This document shows positions 10,000 to 19,244 of a DNA stretch of 64,000 bases, piece by piece (the stretch's first letter is position 1; each line of letters begins with the position of its first letter). The translations under genes and the position numbers were made by a program. The DNA lies in contig CAJXYI010000001.1 in NCBI GenBank assembly GCA_913063435.1, forward strand, positions 4,527 to 68,526, given 5' to 3'. The notes beneath the pieces were generated by a model. It made no database searches, had not been told where the DNA came from, and was given only the letters and a program-made list of their open reading frames with translations. The DNA is from an uncultured Actinomycetales bacterium (GTDB lineage: Bacteria; Actinomycetota; Actinomycetes; S36-B12).

Positions 10000-11226
10000 A
10001 TGACGAAGCGACCGTTGAGCCCTGAGGCTGCCGCCATCGTGCGGATGTCCCGCTCGGCCCTGTCCCGGCGACGCCTGCTCCAGGCCGCCGGTATCGGTGG
10101 TGTCGCTGCCGCTGCTGCAGCCTGCGGCGCCGGTGGCGGTGCGGATGATCCGACCTCGGCGGCTCCCTCTCCGACGGCTCCGGCGGATCAGTCCGATGCC
10201 GAGAAGGTCGTGCTGTGGTCCAACTGGGTGGAATACCTCGATGTCGATGAGGAGACCGGCGCCTACCCGACGCTCGAGCGATTCGAGGAGCAGACGGGGA
10301 TCTCGGTCAGCTACAACGAGGACATCAACGACAACAACGAGTTCTATGCCAAGGTGCGCGCCCAGCTCGAGCAGGGACAGTCGATCGACCGCGACATCGT
10401 CGTTCTGACCGACTGGATGGCCGGTCTGTGGATCAACAACGGCTTCGCGCAGAAGCTCGATAAGAGTCTCATCCCGAACTCGGCCAACCTCATCCCGCGG
10501 CTGCAGGACGTGTCCTTCGACAGGCCGCGTGATTACACCCTTCCCTGGCAGGGTGGCTTCGCCGGATTGGGCTACAACGTGCCCGGTATCCAGGACGCGC
10601 TCGGCGTCGATTCCCTGACGAGCCTGGACCAGTTGTTCGATCCCGCGCTGCGCGGTCGCATCACGGTGCTGTCGGAGATGCGCGACACCATGGGCTGCAT
10701 CATGGCCTGGCAGGGCAATGACCCGTCGAACTTCACCGATGACCAGTTCCAGCAGGCCATCGCGGCGCTGGCCGAGCAGATCGACAACGGCCAGATCCGC
10801 CAGGTCGCCGGTAACGACTATCTCGCAGCATTGGAGACCGGCGACGTGATCGCCGTCATCGGCTGGTCCGGAGACGTGCTCGCACTGGGCGAGGACTTCG
10901 GTTTCTCCCTGCCCGAGAGCGGCGGCACGCTGTGGACGGACAACATGCTCATTCCGTCGACGGCGACTCACAAGAAGAACGCCGAGCAGTTGATGAACTA
11001 CTACTACGACCCCGTCATCGCTGCCGAGGTCGCGGCCTACATCAACTACCTGTGCCCGGTCAGCGGTGCGAAGGAGGCCATGGAGGCCATCGATCCTGAG
11101 CTCGCCACCAGCCAGTGGATCTTCCCGACCGACGCCGAGCTCGACGAAGCCTACGTGTTCATGGACCTCACCCTGGAGCAGGACGAGAACTACCAGCGCG
11201 AGTTCCAGCGGGCCGTCGGCCTGTAG
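10000..11226 (+). CDS. potD: Polyamine ABC transporter substrate-binding lipoprotein (PotD-like), Tat-exported
   Basis: SRRRLL twin-arginine motif, lipobox AAAC, SNWVEYLD, WSGD, PESGGTLWTDNMLIP; ATG 10000 (alternative 9991) after AAGGAG. Confidence 0.85.
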   Translation: MTKRPLSPEAAAIVRMSRSALSRRRLLQAAGIGGVAAAAAACGAGGGADDPTSAAPSPTAPADQSDAEKVVLWSNWVEYLDVDEETGAYPTLERFEEQTGISVSYNEDINDNNEFYAKVRAQLEQGQSIDRDIVVLTDWMAGLWINNGFAQKLDKSLIPNSANLIPRLQDVSFDRPRDYTLPWQGGFAGLGYNVPGIQDALGVDSLTSLDQLFDPALRGRITVLSEMRDTMGCIMAWQGNDPSNFTDDQFQQAIAALAEQIDNGQIRQVAGNDYLAALETGDVIAVIGWSGDVLALGEDFGFSLPESGGTLWTDNMLIPSTATHKKNAEQLMNYYYDPVIAAEVAAYINYLCPVSGAKEAMEAIDPELATSQWIFPTDAELDEAYVFMDLTLEQDENYQREFQRAVGL

Positions 11227-11304
11227 TTTCCGACAGGGATCAGCGGGATTCAGCACGGGTAGGCACGGGTGATCCCGGTTGGTACGGACTCGAGGAGGAC
11301 GTAG

Positions 11305-12441
11305 GTGAGCATGTCGTCGGGGTCGGCAAGCCTCGGGTTCGAGGTCAAGGACCTGGAACTGATCAACCTCACCAAGCGATTCGCCGATTTCGTCGCTGTC
11401 GACGACCTGACCCTGACGATTCCCGCAGGATCGTTCTTCGCACTGCTGGGGCCGTCGGGTTGCGGCAAGACCACGACGCTGCGCATGGTCGCCGGCTTGG
11501 AGGATCCGACCGAGGGGCAGATCCTGCTCGGGGGGGATGACCTCACGCGATTGAAGGCCTATCAGCGGCCGGTCAACACCGTGTTCCAGTCCTATGCGCT
11601 GTTCCCGCACCTGGACGTGTTCGAGAACGTCGCCTTCGGACTGCGGCGTCGAGGCATCAAGGACGTCTCGGCGGCGGTCACCGCCATGCTCGAGTTGGTC
11701 GAGTTGGGCAATCTGGCTCGGCGTAAGCCCGGGCAGCTCTCCGGCGGGCAGCAGCAGCGCGTGGCAGTCGCTCGCGCGTTGATCAACCACCCCGGCGTGC
11801 TACTGCTCGATGAACCCCTGGGTGCATTGGATTTGAAGCTCCGGCGGCAGATGCAGCTGGAATTGAAACGCATCCAGACCGAGGTGGGAACGAGTTTCGT
11901 CCACGTCACCCACGACCAGGAAGAAGCCATGACCATGGCCGACACCGTGGCGGTGATGAACCAGGGCCGCATCGAACAGATGGGTGCGCCGGTGGATATC
12001 TACGATCTGCCGCGCACCCGCTTCGTGGCGACCTTCCTCGGCCAATCCAATGAGGTGTCCGGCCGGGTGACGGGAACATCGGGAGGCGATCTGCTGATCG
12101 AAGGTGCGGGGTCGCGATTCACTCTGCCCGTCACTCGATCGGCGGTCGACACCGGTGACATTCTGGTGGGTGTCCGGCCGGAGAAACTGTCGATCTCGGC
12201 ACAGGGCAGCGACATCGGTGACGATGTCAACTACGTCACCGGCAAGGTCACCGACGCTTCCTTCACCGGGGTGTCCACCCAGTATCTGGTGATGACGTCC
12301 TGGGGTGGGGAGTGGATGGTGTTCGAGCAGAACCGCAGCCTGGGTGGGACGTTGCGCCCCGGGGACGAGGTCACCGTTCACTGGCGACCCGAGCACACCT
12401 TCGGTCTCGCGGTGGACGGGTCTGCGGCGGAGTCGGCCTGA
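11305..12441 (+). CDS. potA: Polyamine ABC transporter ATP-binding protein
   Basis: GPSGCGKTT, VNTVFQSYALFPHL, LSGGQQQR, LLLDEPLGALDLKLR, C-terminal TOBE-like domain. Confidence 0.9.
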   Translation: MSMSSGSASLGFEVKDLELINLTKRFADFVAVDDLTLTIPAGSFFALLGPSGCGKTTTLRMVAGLEDPTEGQILLGGDDLTRLKAYQRPVNTVFQSYALFPHLDVFENVAFGLRRRGIKDVSAAVTAMLELVELGNLARRKPGQLSGGQQQRVAVARALINHPGVLLLDEPLGALDLKLRRQMQLELKRIQTEVGTSFVHVTHDQEEAMTMADTVAVMNQGRIEQMGAPVDIYDLPRTRFVATFLGQSNEVSGRVTGTSGGDLLIEGAGSRFTLPVTRSAVDTGDILVGVRPEKLSISAQGSDIGDDVNYVTGKVTDASFTGVSTQYLVMTSWGGEWMVFEQNRSLGGTLRPGDEVTVHWRPEHTFGLAVDGSAAESA

Positions 12442-12444
12442 GTC

Positions 12445-13353
12445 ATGCCGGCCATCGTTCCCACGACTACGACGAAAGCCGACGCCCCCGCGGCTTCAGC
12501 GGGCTCGTCGCAGCGGCGATCTCGCACGGCGTATCTGCTGCTCCTGCCCGGCCTGGGTTGGCTCGGTGTCTTCTTCGTCATCCCGATCGCGACGCTGTTC
12601 TTCACCAGCCTGCAGGCACCGGTGGAAGGCCGATCCGGGGTGTATCAGGCGGCATTCCAGATCAGCAATTACGCCCAGGCCCTCGGGGATTACTGGCCGC
12701 AGTTCGTGCGGTCGTTCATCTATGCAGGTATCGCCACCATCCTCGCCCTGATCATCGCCTACCCGCTGGCGTACTTCATCGCCTTCAAAGCGGGTCGTTG
12801 GCGCGCGATCATGCTCGTCTTGGTCGTCGCGCCGTTCTTCGCCTCGTTCCTCCTGCGCACCTATGCCTGGCGGACCATCCTGTCGGACGAGGGCGCGATC
12901 ACCACGGCGTTGAATGCGCTGCACCTGCTGCCCGAGGATCGCATTCTCAATACGTCCATTGCCGTGGTGTTGGGTCTGACCTACAATTTTCTGCCGTTCA
13001 TGATCCTGCCGCTGTATGCCTCGCTGGAGAAGATCGATCCCCGATTGATCGAGGCATCGGGAGACCTGTACGCCCGGCCATTCACCGGGTTCCGCAAGGT
13101 GGTGTTCCCGCTGAGCCTCCCGGGAGTCGTGGCCGGCACCCTCCTCACCTTCATCCCCGCTGCCGGTGACTTCATCAACGCACGATTGCTCGGTGCGCCA
13201 GGTGACAGCATGGTCGGGACCGCGATCCAGGTGAACTTCCTGCAGTTCCGCGACTATCCGATAGCCAGTGCCCTGTCCTTCATCCTCATGGCGTTCATCC
13301 TCGTCGTGGTGTTCACCTACATCCGGCGTGCGGGCACGGAGGATCTGGTCTGA
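12445..13353 (+). CDS. potB: Polyamine ABC transporter permease (PotB-like)
   Basis: Multiple TM segments, LRTYAW, YNFLPFMILPLYASLEKID, EAS.DL (EAA loop), PLSLPG. Confidence 0.87.
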   Translation: MPAIVPTTTTKADAPAASAGSSQRRSRTAYLLLLPGLGWLGVFFVIPIATLFFTSLQAPVEGRSGVYQAAFQISNYAQALGDYWPQFVRSFIYAGIATILALIIAYPLAYFIAFKAGRWRAIMLVLVVAPFFASFLLRTYAWRTILSDEGAITTALNALHLLPEDRILNTSIAVVLGLTYNFLPFMILPLYASLEKIDPRLIEASGDLYARPFTGFRKVVFPLSLPGVVAGTLLTFIPAAGDFINARLLGAPGDSMVGTAIQVNFLQFRDYPIASALSFILMAFILVVVFTYIRRAGTEDLV

Positions 13354-14162
13354 TGCGCTGGCTGCGACGCAACATCATCGGGATCATCGCGGTCCTCGTC
13401 CTGGTCTATCTCTTCGTGCCCATCGCGGTCGTGGCGGTGCTGAGTTTCAACCAGCCTGAGGGCAAGTACAACATCACCTTCAACGAGTTCTCGCTATCGG
13501 CATGGGCGAATATGTGCGGGGTTCCGGGGGTGTGCGAATCGTTTGCTCTCAGCATTCAAATCGGTCTCCTCGCAACGGTGATCGCCACGATCTTCGGCAC
13601 GATGATCGCCTTCGCACTCGTGCGCTATCGCTTCCGCGGACGGGATACGACGAATCTGCTCATCTTCCTTCCCATGGCCACCCCGGAGGTCGTTCTGGGA
13701 TCGAGCCTGCTGGCGCTGTTCTTGAACATCACCTTCCCGCTGGGCTTCTGGGCTGTGACGATCGCGCACATCATGTTCATCATCAGCTTCATCGTGGTCG
13801 CGGTGAAGGCGCGTCTGCAGGGGATGGATCCACGTCTCGAGGAGGCCTCGCGTGATCTCTACGCCAGTCCACGGGCGACCTTCCGGTACGTGACCTTCCC
13901 CCTCGTGCTGCCGGGCATCCTGGGTGCCGCGCTGCTGGGATTCGCGCTGAGCTTCGATGACTTCATCATCACGTTCTTCAACGCGGGCACCATGGTGACC
14001 TTCCCGGTCTACATCTGGGGTGCGGCCCAGCGCGGGATCCCGGTGCAGGTCTATGCCCTGGCCACGCTGGTGTTCTTCCTCTCTCTCGTCCTCGTCCTCG
14101 TCGTTCAGGGTGTCAACGCCCGTAGGCGACGCCGGCTCGAAGCCGCCGTCGCCGCCTCCTAG
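13353..14162 (+). CDS. potC: Polyamine ABC transporter permease (PotC-like)
   Basis: LSFN, PMATPEVVLG, D.RLEEASRDL, FALSFDDFIITFF. Confidence 0.87.
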   Translation: MRWLRRNIIGIIAVLVLVYLFVPIAVVAVLSFNQPEGKYNITFNEFSLSAWANMCGVPGVCESFALSIQIGLLATVIATIFGTMIAFALVRYRFRGRDTTNLLIFLPMATPEVVLGSSLLALFLNITFPLGFWAVTIAHIMFIISFIVVAVKARLQGMDPRLEEASRDLYASPRATFRYVTFPLVLPGILGAALLGFALSFDDFIITFFNAGTMVTFPVYIWGAAQRGIPVQVYALATLVFFLSLVLVLVVQGVNARRRRRLEAAVAAS

Positions 14163-14173
14163 GCGGTGCGATC

Positions 14174-15586
14174 GTGGCCTTCAGCAACGTCATCTCCGAT
14201 TCTGCACGTTCGTCCTTCGCCGACGCCGTTCAGCGGCCCTACTGGCTCGACCGACCCGATCGCCCCGACCCCCGACCTCGACTCCAGGCTCCCATCACCG
14301 CCGACCTCCTGGTGGTGGGTGCCGGCTTCTCCGGACTGTGGACCGCCTATGAGGCCGCCGTTCGCCACCCCGACCTCGACATCGTGCTCGTCGATGGCGG
14401 ACAGGTCGGGCATGCGGCATCCGGCCGCAATGGCGGTTTCGTCGCGGCATCGCTTACTCATGGCCTGGCCAAGGGAATGGCCCGGTGGCCGAAGGAGATG
14501 CCCGAACTAGAGCGCCTCGGCCGGGAGAACCTCGACGCGATCGCCGCGACGGTGGCGGCTGAAGGTATCGACTGCGACTTCATTCGCAGTGGAGAAGTCG
14601 CCGTTGCCGTCGAGGGTTATCAGATCGATGACCTTGTCGAGACGGTCGAGCAAGCCCGCGGCCTCGGTGTCGACCTCGAACTGTTGAGCGCCGAGCAGGT
14701 GCGGGCGCGACTCGACTCGCCGACCTATCTCGCGGGAGTCGCCGACGCTCACGGCGTCGCGATGGTCGATCCGGCTCGATTGGCCTGGGGTCTCGCGGCG
14801 GCGTGCGAGCGCCGGGGGGTGCGGATCTTCGAGAACACCCCCGTGCGATCCCTCGGGCGCATCGGTGCCGGAGTGCTGGCCGGTACCGACCATGGCCGAG
14901 TGCGCGCCGGAAGGGTTGCGCTGGCGACGAGCGCTTACCCGCCGCTGCTGTCTCGACTCGGCAACTACATCGTCGCCGTATACGACTCGGTTCTCATGAG
15001 CGAACCGCTTTCAGCCGAACAGCGAGCGTCCATCGGCTGGCAGGGCAGGGAGGGTTTCGCGGACTCGGGCAACCAGTTCCACTACTACCGGATCACCGAG
15101 GATGCGCGGATTCTGTGGGGTGGCTACGACGCGTCGTACTACGGAGATATGGGCCCGCACCGAGAGAACAACCCTGATGCCTATGGTCGACTCGCCGAGC
15201 ACTTCTTCACCACCTTCCCCCAGCTGACCGGATTGCAGTTCACGCACAAATGGGCTGGTGCCATCGACACCTGCTCGCGATTCAGTGCCTTCTGGGGGAC
15301 GGCGATGGGTGGGCGGATTGGGTATTCCCTGGGTTTCACCGGTCTCGGTGTGGGGGCATCGCGATTCGGTGCCCAGGTGATGCTCGACCTGCTCTGGGGT
15401 GAGGACACCGAGCGGACCAGGTTGCAGATGACTCGCACCAAGCCGATCCCATTCCCGCCGAGGCCGCTGCGCGATGCTGCGATCGGTGTCACCCGCTGGT
15501 CGATCAACCGAGCCGATGAGAATTCCGGTAAACGCAACCTGTGGCTGCGAACGCTGGATCGCATCGGGCTCGGCTTCGACAGCTGA
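14174..15586 (+). CDS. FAD-dependent oxidoreductase (DadA/PuuB-like)
   Basis: PYWLD, DLLVVGAGFSGLWTA, AASGRNGGF, FHYYR, WAGAIDTCSRF, GFTGLGVGASRFGA. Confidence 0.88.
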   Translation: MAFSNVISDSARSSFADAVQRPYWLDRPDRPDPRPRLQAPITADLLVVGAGFSGLWTAYEAAVRHPDLDIVLVDGGQVGHAASGRNGGFVAASLTHGLAKGMARWPKEMPELERLGRENLDAIAATVAAEGIDCDFIRSGEVAVAVEGYQIDDLVETVEQARGLGVDLELLSAEQVRARLDSPTYLAGVADAHGVAMVDPARLAWGLAAACERRGVRIFENTPVRSLGRIGAGVLAGTDHGRVRAGRVALATSAYPPLLSRLGNYIVAVYDSVLMSEPLSAEQRASIGWQGREGFADSGNQFHYYRITEDARILWGGYDASYYGDMGPHRENNPDAYGRLAEHFFTTFPQLTGLQFTHKWAGAIDTCSRFSAFWGTAMGGRIGYSLGFTGLGVGASRFGAQVMLDLLWGEDTERTRLQMTRTKPIPFPPRPLRDAAIGVTRWSINRADENSGKRNLWLRTLDRIGLGFDS

Positions 15587-15607
15587 CCCGGATTCGACAG
15601 CTGATCC
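15572..15607 (+). repeat. 18-bp tandem duplication of the gene 3' end
   Basis: GGCTTCGACAGCTGACCC / GGATTCGACAGCTGATCC, 16/18 identical. Confidence 0.6.
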
Positions 15608-15621
15608 AGAGAGGAAAGACC

Positions 15622-16836
15622 ATGGGCATGCGAGTCCTGGCCATCGGGTCCGGAGGCGTCGGAACCTCTGCGGCGTTGATCGCTGCGCGTCGCGACTTCT
15701 TCGAAGCCTGGGTGTGCGCCGATTACGATGAAATCAGGGCGCGCCAGCTCGTTGATCGTGTCGGTGATCCACGATTCGCGAGTGCTCGAGTGGATGCCTC
15801 GAGTGCCGATGCGGTGCAGGCACTGTGTCAGGAGCACCGGATCACGCATGTGCTCAACGTCGTCGATCCGCGTTTCGTCATGCCGATCTTCAGCGGTGCG
15901 TTCGCTGCGGGATGCGACTATCTGGACACGGCGATGAGCCTGTCCCAGCCGCATCCGCAACATCCGCATGAACTCGCCTTCGTCAAGCTCGGTGACGAGC
16001 AGTTCGATCAGGGACCTCGATGGCAAGAGTCGGGCCACCTCGCGTTATGCGGGATCGGAGTGGAGCCGGGGTTGGCTGATGTTTTCGCCCGATACGCCTC
16101 CGATCACCTGTTTTCGCAGATCGACGAGATCGGAGTGCGCGACGGAGCGAACCTGGTGGTCAGCGGATACGACTTCGCACCGAGTTTCTCCATCTGGACC
16201 ACGATCGAAGAGTGCCTGAATCCACCGGTCATCTGGGAGAAGGATCGCGGGTGGTTCACCACCGCTCCGTTCAGCGAACCGGAGGTGTTCGACTTTCCCG
16301 AGGGAATCGGGCCGGTGGAATGCGTCAACGTCGAACACGAGGAGGTGCTCCTCGTGCCACGTTGGATCGACTGCAATCGGGTGACCTTCAAATACGGCCT
16401 CGGCGATGAGTTCATCGAGGTGCTGCAGACCTTGCATAAACTCGGACTCGATCGCACCGATCCGGTGGATGTGCGTGGTGCGCGAGTGAGTCCGCGCGAT
16501 GTCGTCGCAGCGTGCCTGCCCGATCCGGCGAGCCTGGGGGACCGGATGAGCGGATTGACGTGCGCTGGCACGTGGGTGACCGGAACCGGCGTTGATGGTG
16601 CACCGCGCGAGGCGTACCTGTATCACGTCGCCGACAACGAGTGGACGATGCGGGAATACGGGACCCAGGCCGTGGTGTGGCAGACCGCGATGAACCCGGT
16701 CATCGCATTGGAGTTGCTCGCGACCGGTGCGTGGCAGGGCGCAGGGGTGGTCGGGCCGGAGGCCTTCGATGCGGTTCCGTTCCTCGACCTACTCGCCGAT
16801 GGCTACGGCCAGCACTGGGCCATCCGCGATCACTAG
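15622..16836 (+). CDS. Saccharopine dehydrogenase / carboxy(nor)spermidine dehydrogenase-like protein
   Basis: Rossmann motif IGSGGVG, YLDTA, GIGVEPG, FSIWTTIEECLNP, VEHEEV; ATG 15622 after AGGAAAG. Confidence 0.85.
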   Translation: MGMRVLAIGSGGVGTSAALIAARRDFFEAWVCADYDEIRARQLVDRVGDPRFASARVDASSADAVQALCQEHRITHVLNVVDPRFVMPIFSGAFAAGCDYLDTAMSLSQPHPQHPHELAFVKLGDEQFDQGPRWQESGHLALCGIGVEPGLADVFARYASDHLFSQIDEIGVRDGANLVVSGYDFAPSFSIWTTIEECLNPPVIWEKDRGWFTTAPFSEPEVFDFPEGIGPVECVNVEHEEVLLVPRWIDCNRVTFKYGLGDEFIEVLQTLHKLGLDRTDPVDVRGARVSPRDVVAACLPDPASLGDRMSGLTCAGTWVTGTGVDGAPREAYLYHVADNEWTMREYGTQAVVWQTAMNPVIALELLATGAWQGAGVVGPEAFDAVPFLDLLADGYGQHWAIRDH

Positions 16837-16895
16837 CCCAACCCTTCCCCACCCCGCATCCCCCACCCACCGTCCGAATCCCGCCCATCAGTTCT

Positions 16896-16960
16896 GCGTC
16901 TGAGTTACCTGAATGGTCGCTAACTCGATGAGTTAGCGACCATTCAGGTAACTCAGACGC
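16896..16960. repeat. Perfect 31-bp inverted repeat with 3-nt loop (REP/REPIN-like palindrome; could also act as a bidirectional terminator)
   Basis: GCGTCTGAGTTACCTGAATGGTCGCTAACTC-GAT-GAGTTAGCGACCATTCAGGTAACTCAGACGC between convergent genes. Confidence 0.95.
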
Positions 16961-16980
16961 GCAAGGAGTGGGTGGTGGGG

Positions 16981-17784
16981 TCAGGCCTGGAGGTCGCCGC
17001 GGGCGACGCTGATGGTGCTGTGCGTGGGATCACCGTCGAACTCCTCGGCGGAGATATCCACGATGCGGAAGCGATCCAAGGCGATCCCCGGGGGCAGCGG
17101 CAGGGTGCTCGTCTCACCCGGACCCACAGCGCCGAGGGACACCATGGCGGAAGCATCCTCGGTCAGCAGCCACACCTCGTAGTAACCCTCGGTGGCCGGC
17201 AGGCCTTGGAGATCGACGGTGACGCTGTCGCCGACATCGGTGCTCTGCACCCGAGCGATGCCCCTGGAGGGGAAGCCCGGGAGCGGTTCCAAGGATGCCT
17301 GCGCGACGACGGTGGGTTCGGTGTTCGATCCCTGGGTCCACACGACGCCGCCGATGGCTCCGAACAGCACGCCGACGGCGGCAGCCGCGGCCAGCCACGG
17401 CGCTGAGCGGCGCCGCAGCGGCACGACGACACCCGTGTCGTCGCTGCCTGCCGGGCCTTGTTCGGTGGTGGGCGATTCCGCTATGGGCGACTGCTGACCG
17501 GCTGACACCGGTGTACGGGCGTCCTGTGGGCGCTGCGAGGTCGCATCGGCACTGATCTCCGTGCTGATCTCCTCCCACACCCATGGAGCGGGGGAAGAGA
17601 CATCTGCGGCATCGCCGCTGCGGGTGATACGCACGATGCGGCGCAGGGAGGCCAGATCGGCCTGGCAGGTGTCACAGGTGGCGAGGTGATCGGTGTCGAT
17701 GTCGGTGCGCTCACCGAGGGCGGCGAGGGCGAGTTCCTCGGGATCGCAGTGTGTGTGATCACCGCGGGTCGTTTCCTGGCTCAT
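16981..17784 (-). CDS. Anti-sigma factor, RskA-like, with zinc-binding ZAS motif
   Basis: N-terminal H...HLATCDTC (HxxxCxxC), TM WLAAAAAVGVLFGAIGG, C-terminal GYYEVWLL..MVSLG..VDIS.E..DGDP.HS. Confidence 0.85.
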   Translation of the reverse strand: MSQETTRGDHTHCDPEELALAALGERTDIDTDHLATCDTCQADLASLRRIVRITRSGDAADVSSPAPWVWEEISTEISADATSQRPQDARTPVSAGQQSPIAESPTTEQGPAGSDDTGVVVPLRRRSAPWLAAAAAVGVLFGAIGGVVWTQGSNTEPTVVAQASLEPLPGFPSRGIARVQSTDVGDSVTVDLQGLPATEGYYEVWLLTEDASAMVSLGAVGPGETSTLPLPPGIALDRFRIVDISAEEFDGDPTHSTISVARGDLQA

Positions 17785-18460
17785 CGTGGATCACCTCCCA
17801 ACGGGTGCGTAGTCGGTTCAGGGAACGTCGGATGTGGCTTTTCACAGTGCCGAGCGGCAGGTCGAGTCGCTCAGCGATCTCGGTGTGGGTCAACTCCTCG
17901 TACAGGGCCAGGCGCATTATCTGTCCCGGGGGTTCACCCAACCGGGCGAGCTCGTCGGCGATGACCATCCGGTCCACGACGCCATCGAGCCCGGCAGCCG
18001 AGCCAACCTCGGGTGGATCACCATCGGGGACGGATCTGTCCCGTGCCCGCTCGGCCCATCGATCGGCGATGCGCCTTCGTGTGATGGTCATCAACCACCC
18101 CGGCAGTGATCCTGCGGCAGGATCATAGGAGTTCCGCGAGCGCCAGGCGGAGATAAACACGCGTTGGGTGACGTCGTCGGCCTCGTGCCCGTCTCCGAGC
18201 GCCCGCCTCGCAACGCTGTAGACCAGCGGCGACCAGCGACGGTAGACCTCCTCGAAGGCGACGTCACCGTCCCCGTTCGCCAAGGCCGAGGCGAAGTCCC
18301 GTCCGCTCGCTGAGTCATCGAGCTCGCGACGACGCTCGGGTTGGGCGCTCACACCCGCACCTCCTGCCTGCCGCAGACGTTCGACTCGACGGTCGTCGAG
18401 CCGGATCGTTCGGCGGGAGTCCAGCGAGGTCACGGTGGCCAACGCCTGAGATGAGGTCAT
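17759..18460 (-). CDS. ECF RNA polymerase sigma factor (SigK-like)
   Basis: Region 2 ADDVTQRVFISAWRSR..YDP..GSL.GWL; region 4 THTEIAERLDLPLGTVKSHIRRSL; true start may be downstream of 18460. Confidence 0.88.
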   Translation of the reverse strand: MTSSQALATVTSLDSRRTIRLDDRRVERLRQAGGAGVSAQPERRRELDDSASGRDFASALANGDGDVAFEEVYRRWSPLVYSVARRALGDGHEADDVTQRVFISAWRSRNSYDPAAGSLPGWLMTITRRRIADRWAERARDRSVPDGDPPEVGSAAGLDGVVDRMVIADELARLGEPPGQIMRLALYEELTHTEIAERLDLPLGTVKSHIRRSLNRLRTRWEVIHDEPGNDPR

Positions 18461-19188
18461 GTGTCACCCCGTCGATCGCTCATGGCAACCGCCGTGATGA
18501 CCACGTTATCGGTGTATCCCAGGGTGGTCGCATCGAAGGGACCACCGCAGGTGATCAGGGTCAGTCGGTGAGGGCCGGCCCCGGAGAACAGGTCGGCGAG
18601 CGGCACGACCTCCTTGTCGAAGGACTCACGGGCGACGACCTCGTAGCGCAGCCGCTGACCGTCCTCGGTCGTTACGACGATGCGATCGCCGAGTTGAAGG
18701 TCACCGAGGTTGTAGAACGCCCCGGCTCCCTGACGGACGCCATCCTTGTGACCCACGACGACGGTGGATCCGGTGCTGGCACCGGCGACCTGGCTGTACT
18801 GGTACCAGCCGGTGCGCAGGACATCGGTGGGTACCTCGACTTTGCCGTCACCGATCAGACCCACGATGTCGACAGGGGCATCGACACCGAGGCTGGGGAT
18901 GGTGATCTGACGCGGGATCGCCGACTGGTCACGCAGGGGAATCTCGGTGGCGTCGACGCGATCGCCCAACCGGCGGACACCCTCAGGTAGAACCGGGGGA
19001 GCGTCGACTGATTCCGGCGACGTCTGCGGTGCGGTATCGGACTGGTCGGTGTCCGAACTTGCCGCGGGGCGGGTGCCCTGCGACGCGACCGATGAACCCG
19101 ACCCCGCCGACACGATCACGGCGAGGCCGGCGATCAGCGCGATTGCGCTGAGCACAGCCACCACGATCGCGGGGCGGGGTCGGGTCAT
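18457..19188 (-). CDS. Class F sortase
   Basis: N-terminal TM, IPSLGVDAPV, GWY, VVVGHKD, LGDRIVV, LTLITCGGPFD, YTDNVV. Confidence 0.9.
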   Translation of the reverse strand: MTRPRPAIVVAVLSAIALIAGLAVIVSAGSGSSVASQGTRPAASSDTDQSDTAPQTSPESVDAPPVLPEGVRRLGDRVDATEIPLRDQSAIPRQITIPSLGVDAPVDIVGLIGDGKVEVPTDVLRTGWYQYSQVAGASTGSTVVVGHKDGVRQGAGAFYNLGDLQLGDRIVVTTEDGQRLRYEVVARESFDKEVVPLADLFSGAGPHRLTLITCGGPFDATTLGYTDNVVITAVAMSDRRGDT

Positions 19189-19244
19189 CGGGTCACGTTT
19201 CCTTTACTTGGTCCACTAACTCGTTACCAGGATGTGGTGCGTGC

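Noticed and set aside
11227-11304. GGGATCA...TGATCCC hairpin after the substrate-binding gene
   Set aside because: Short stem with a long loop; at most a routine mRNA stabiliser and unrelated to the long palindromes.
6752-11790. Long antisense ORFs (6752-8338, 9775-11790; similarly 27348-29033 and 56088-57830)
   Set aside because: Shadow ORFs opposite well-supported genes, expected from high-GC codon bias; no recognisable motifs.
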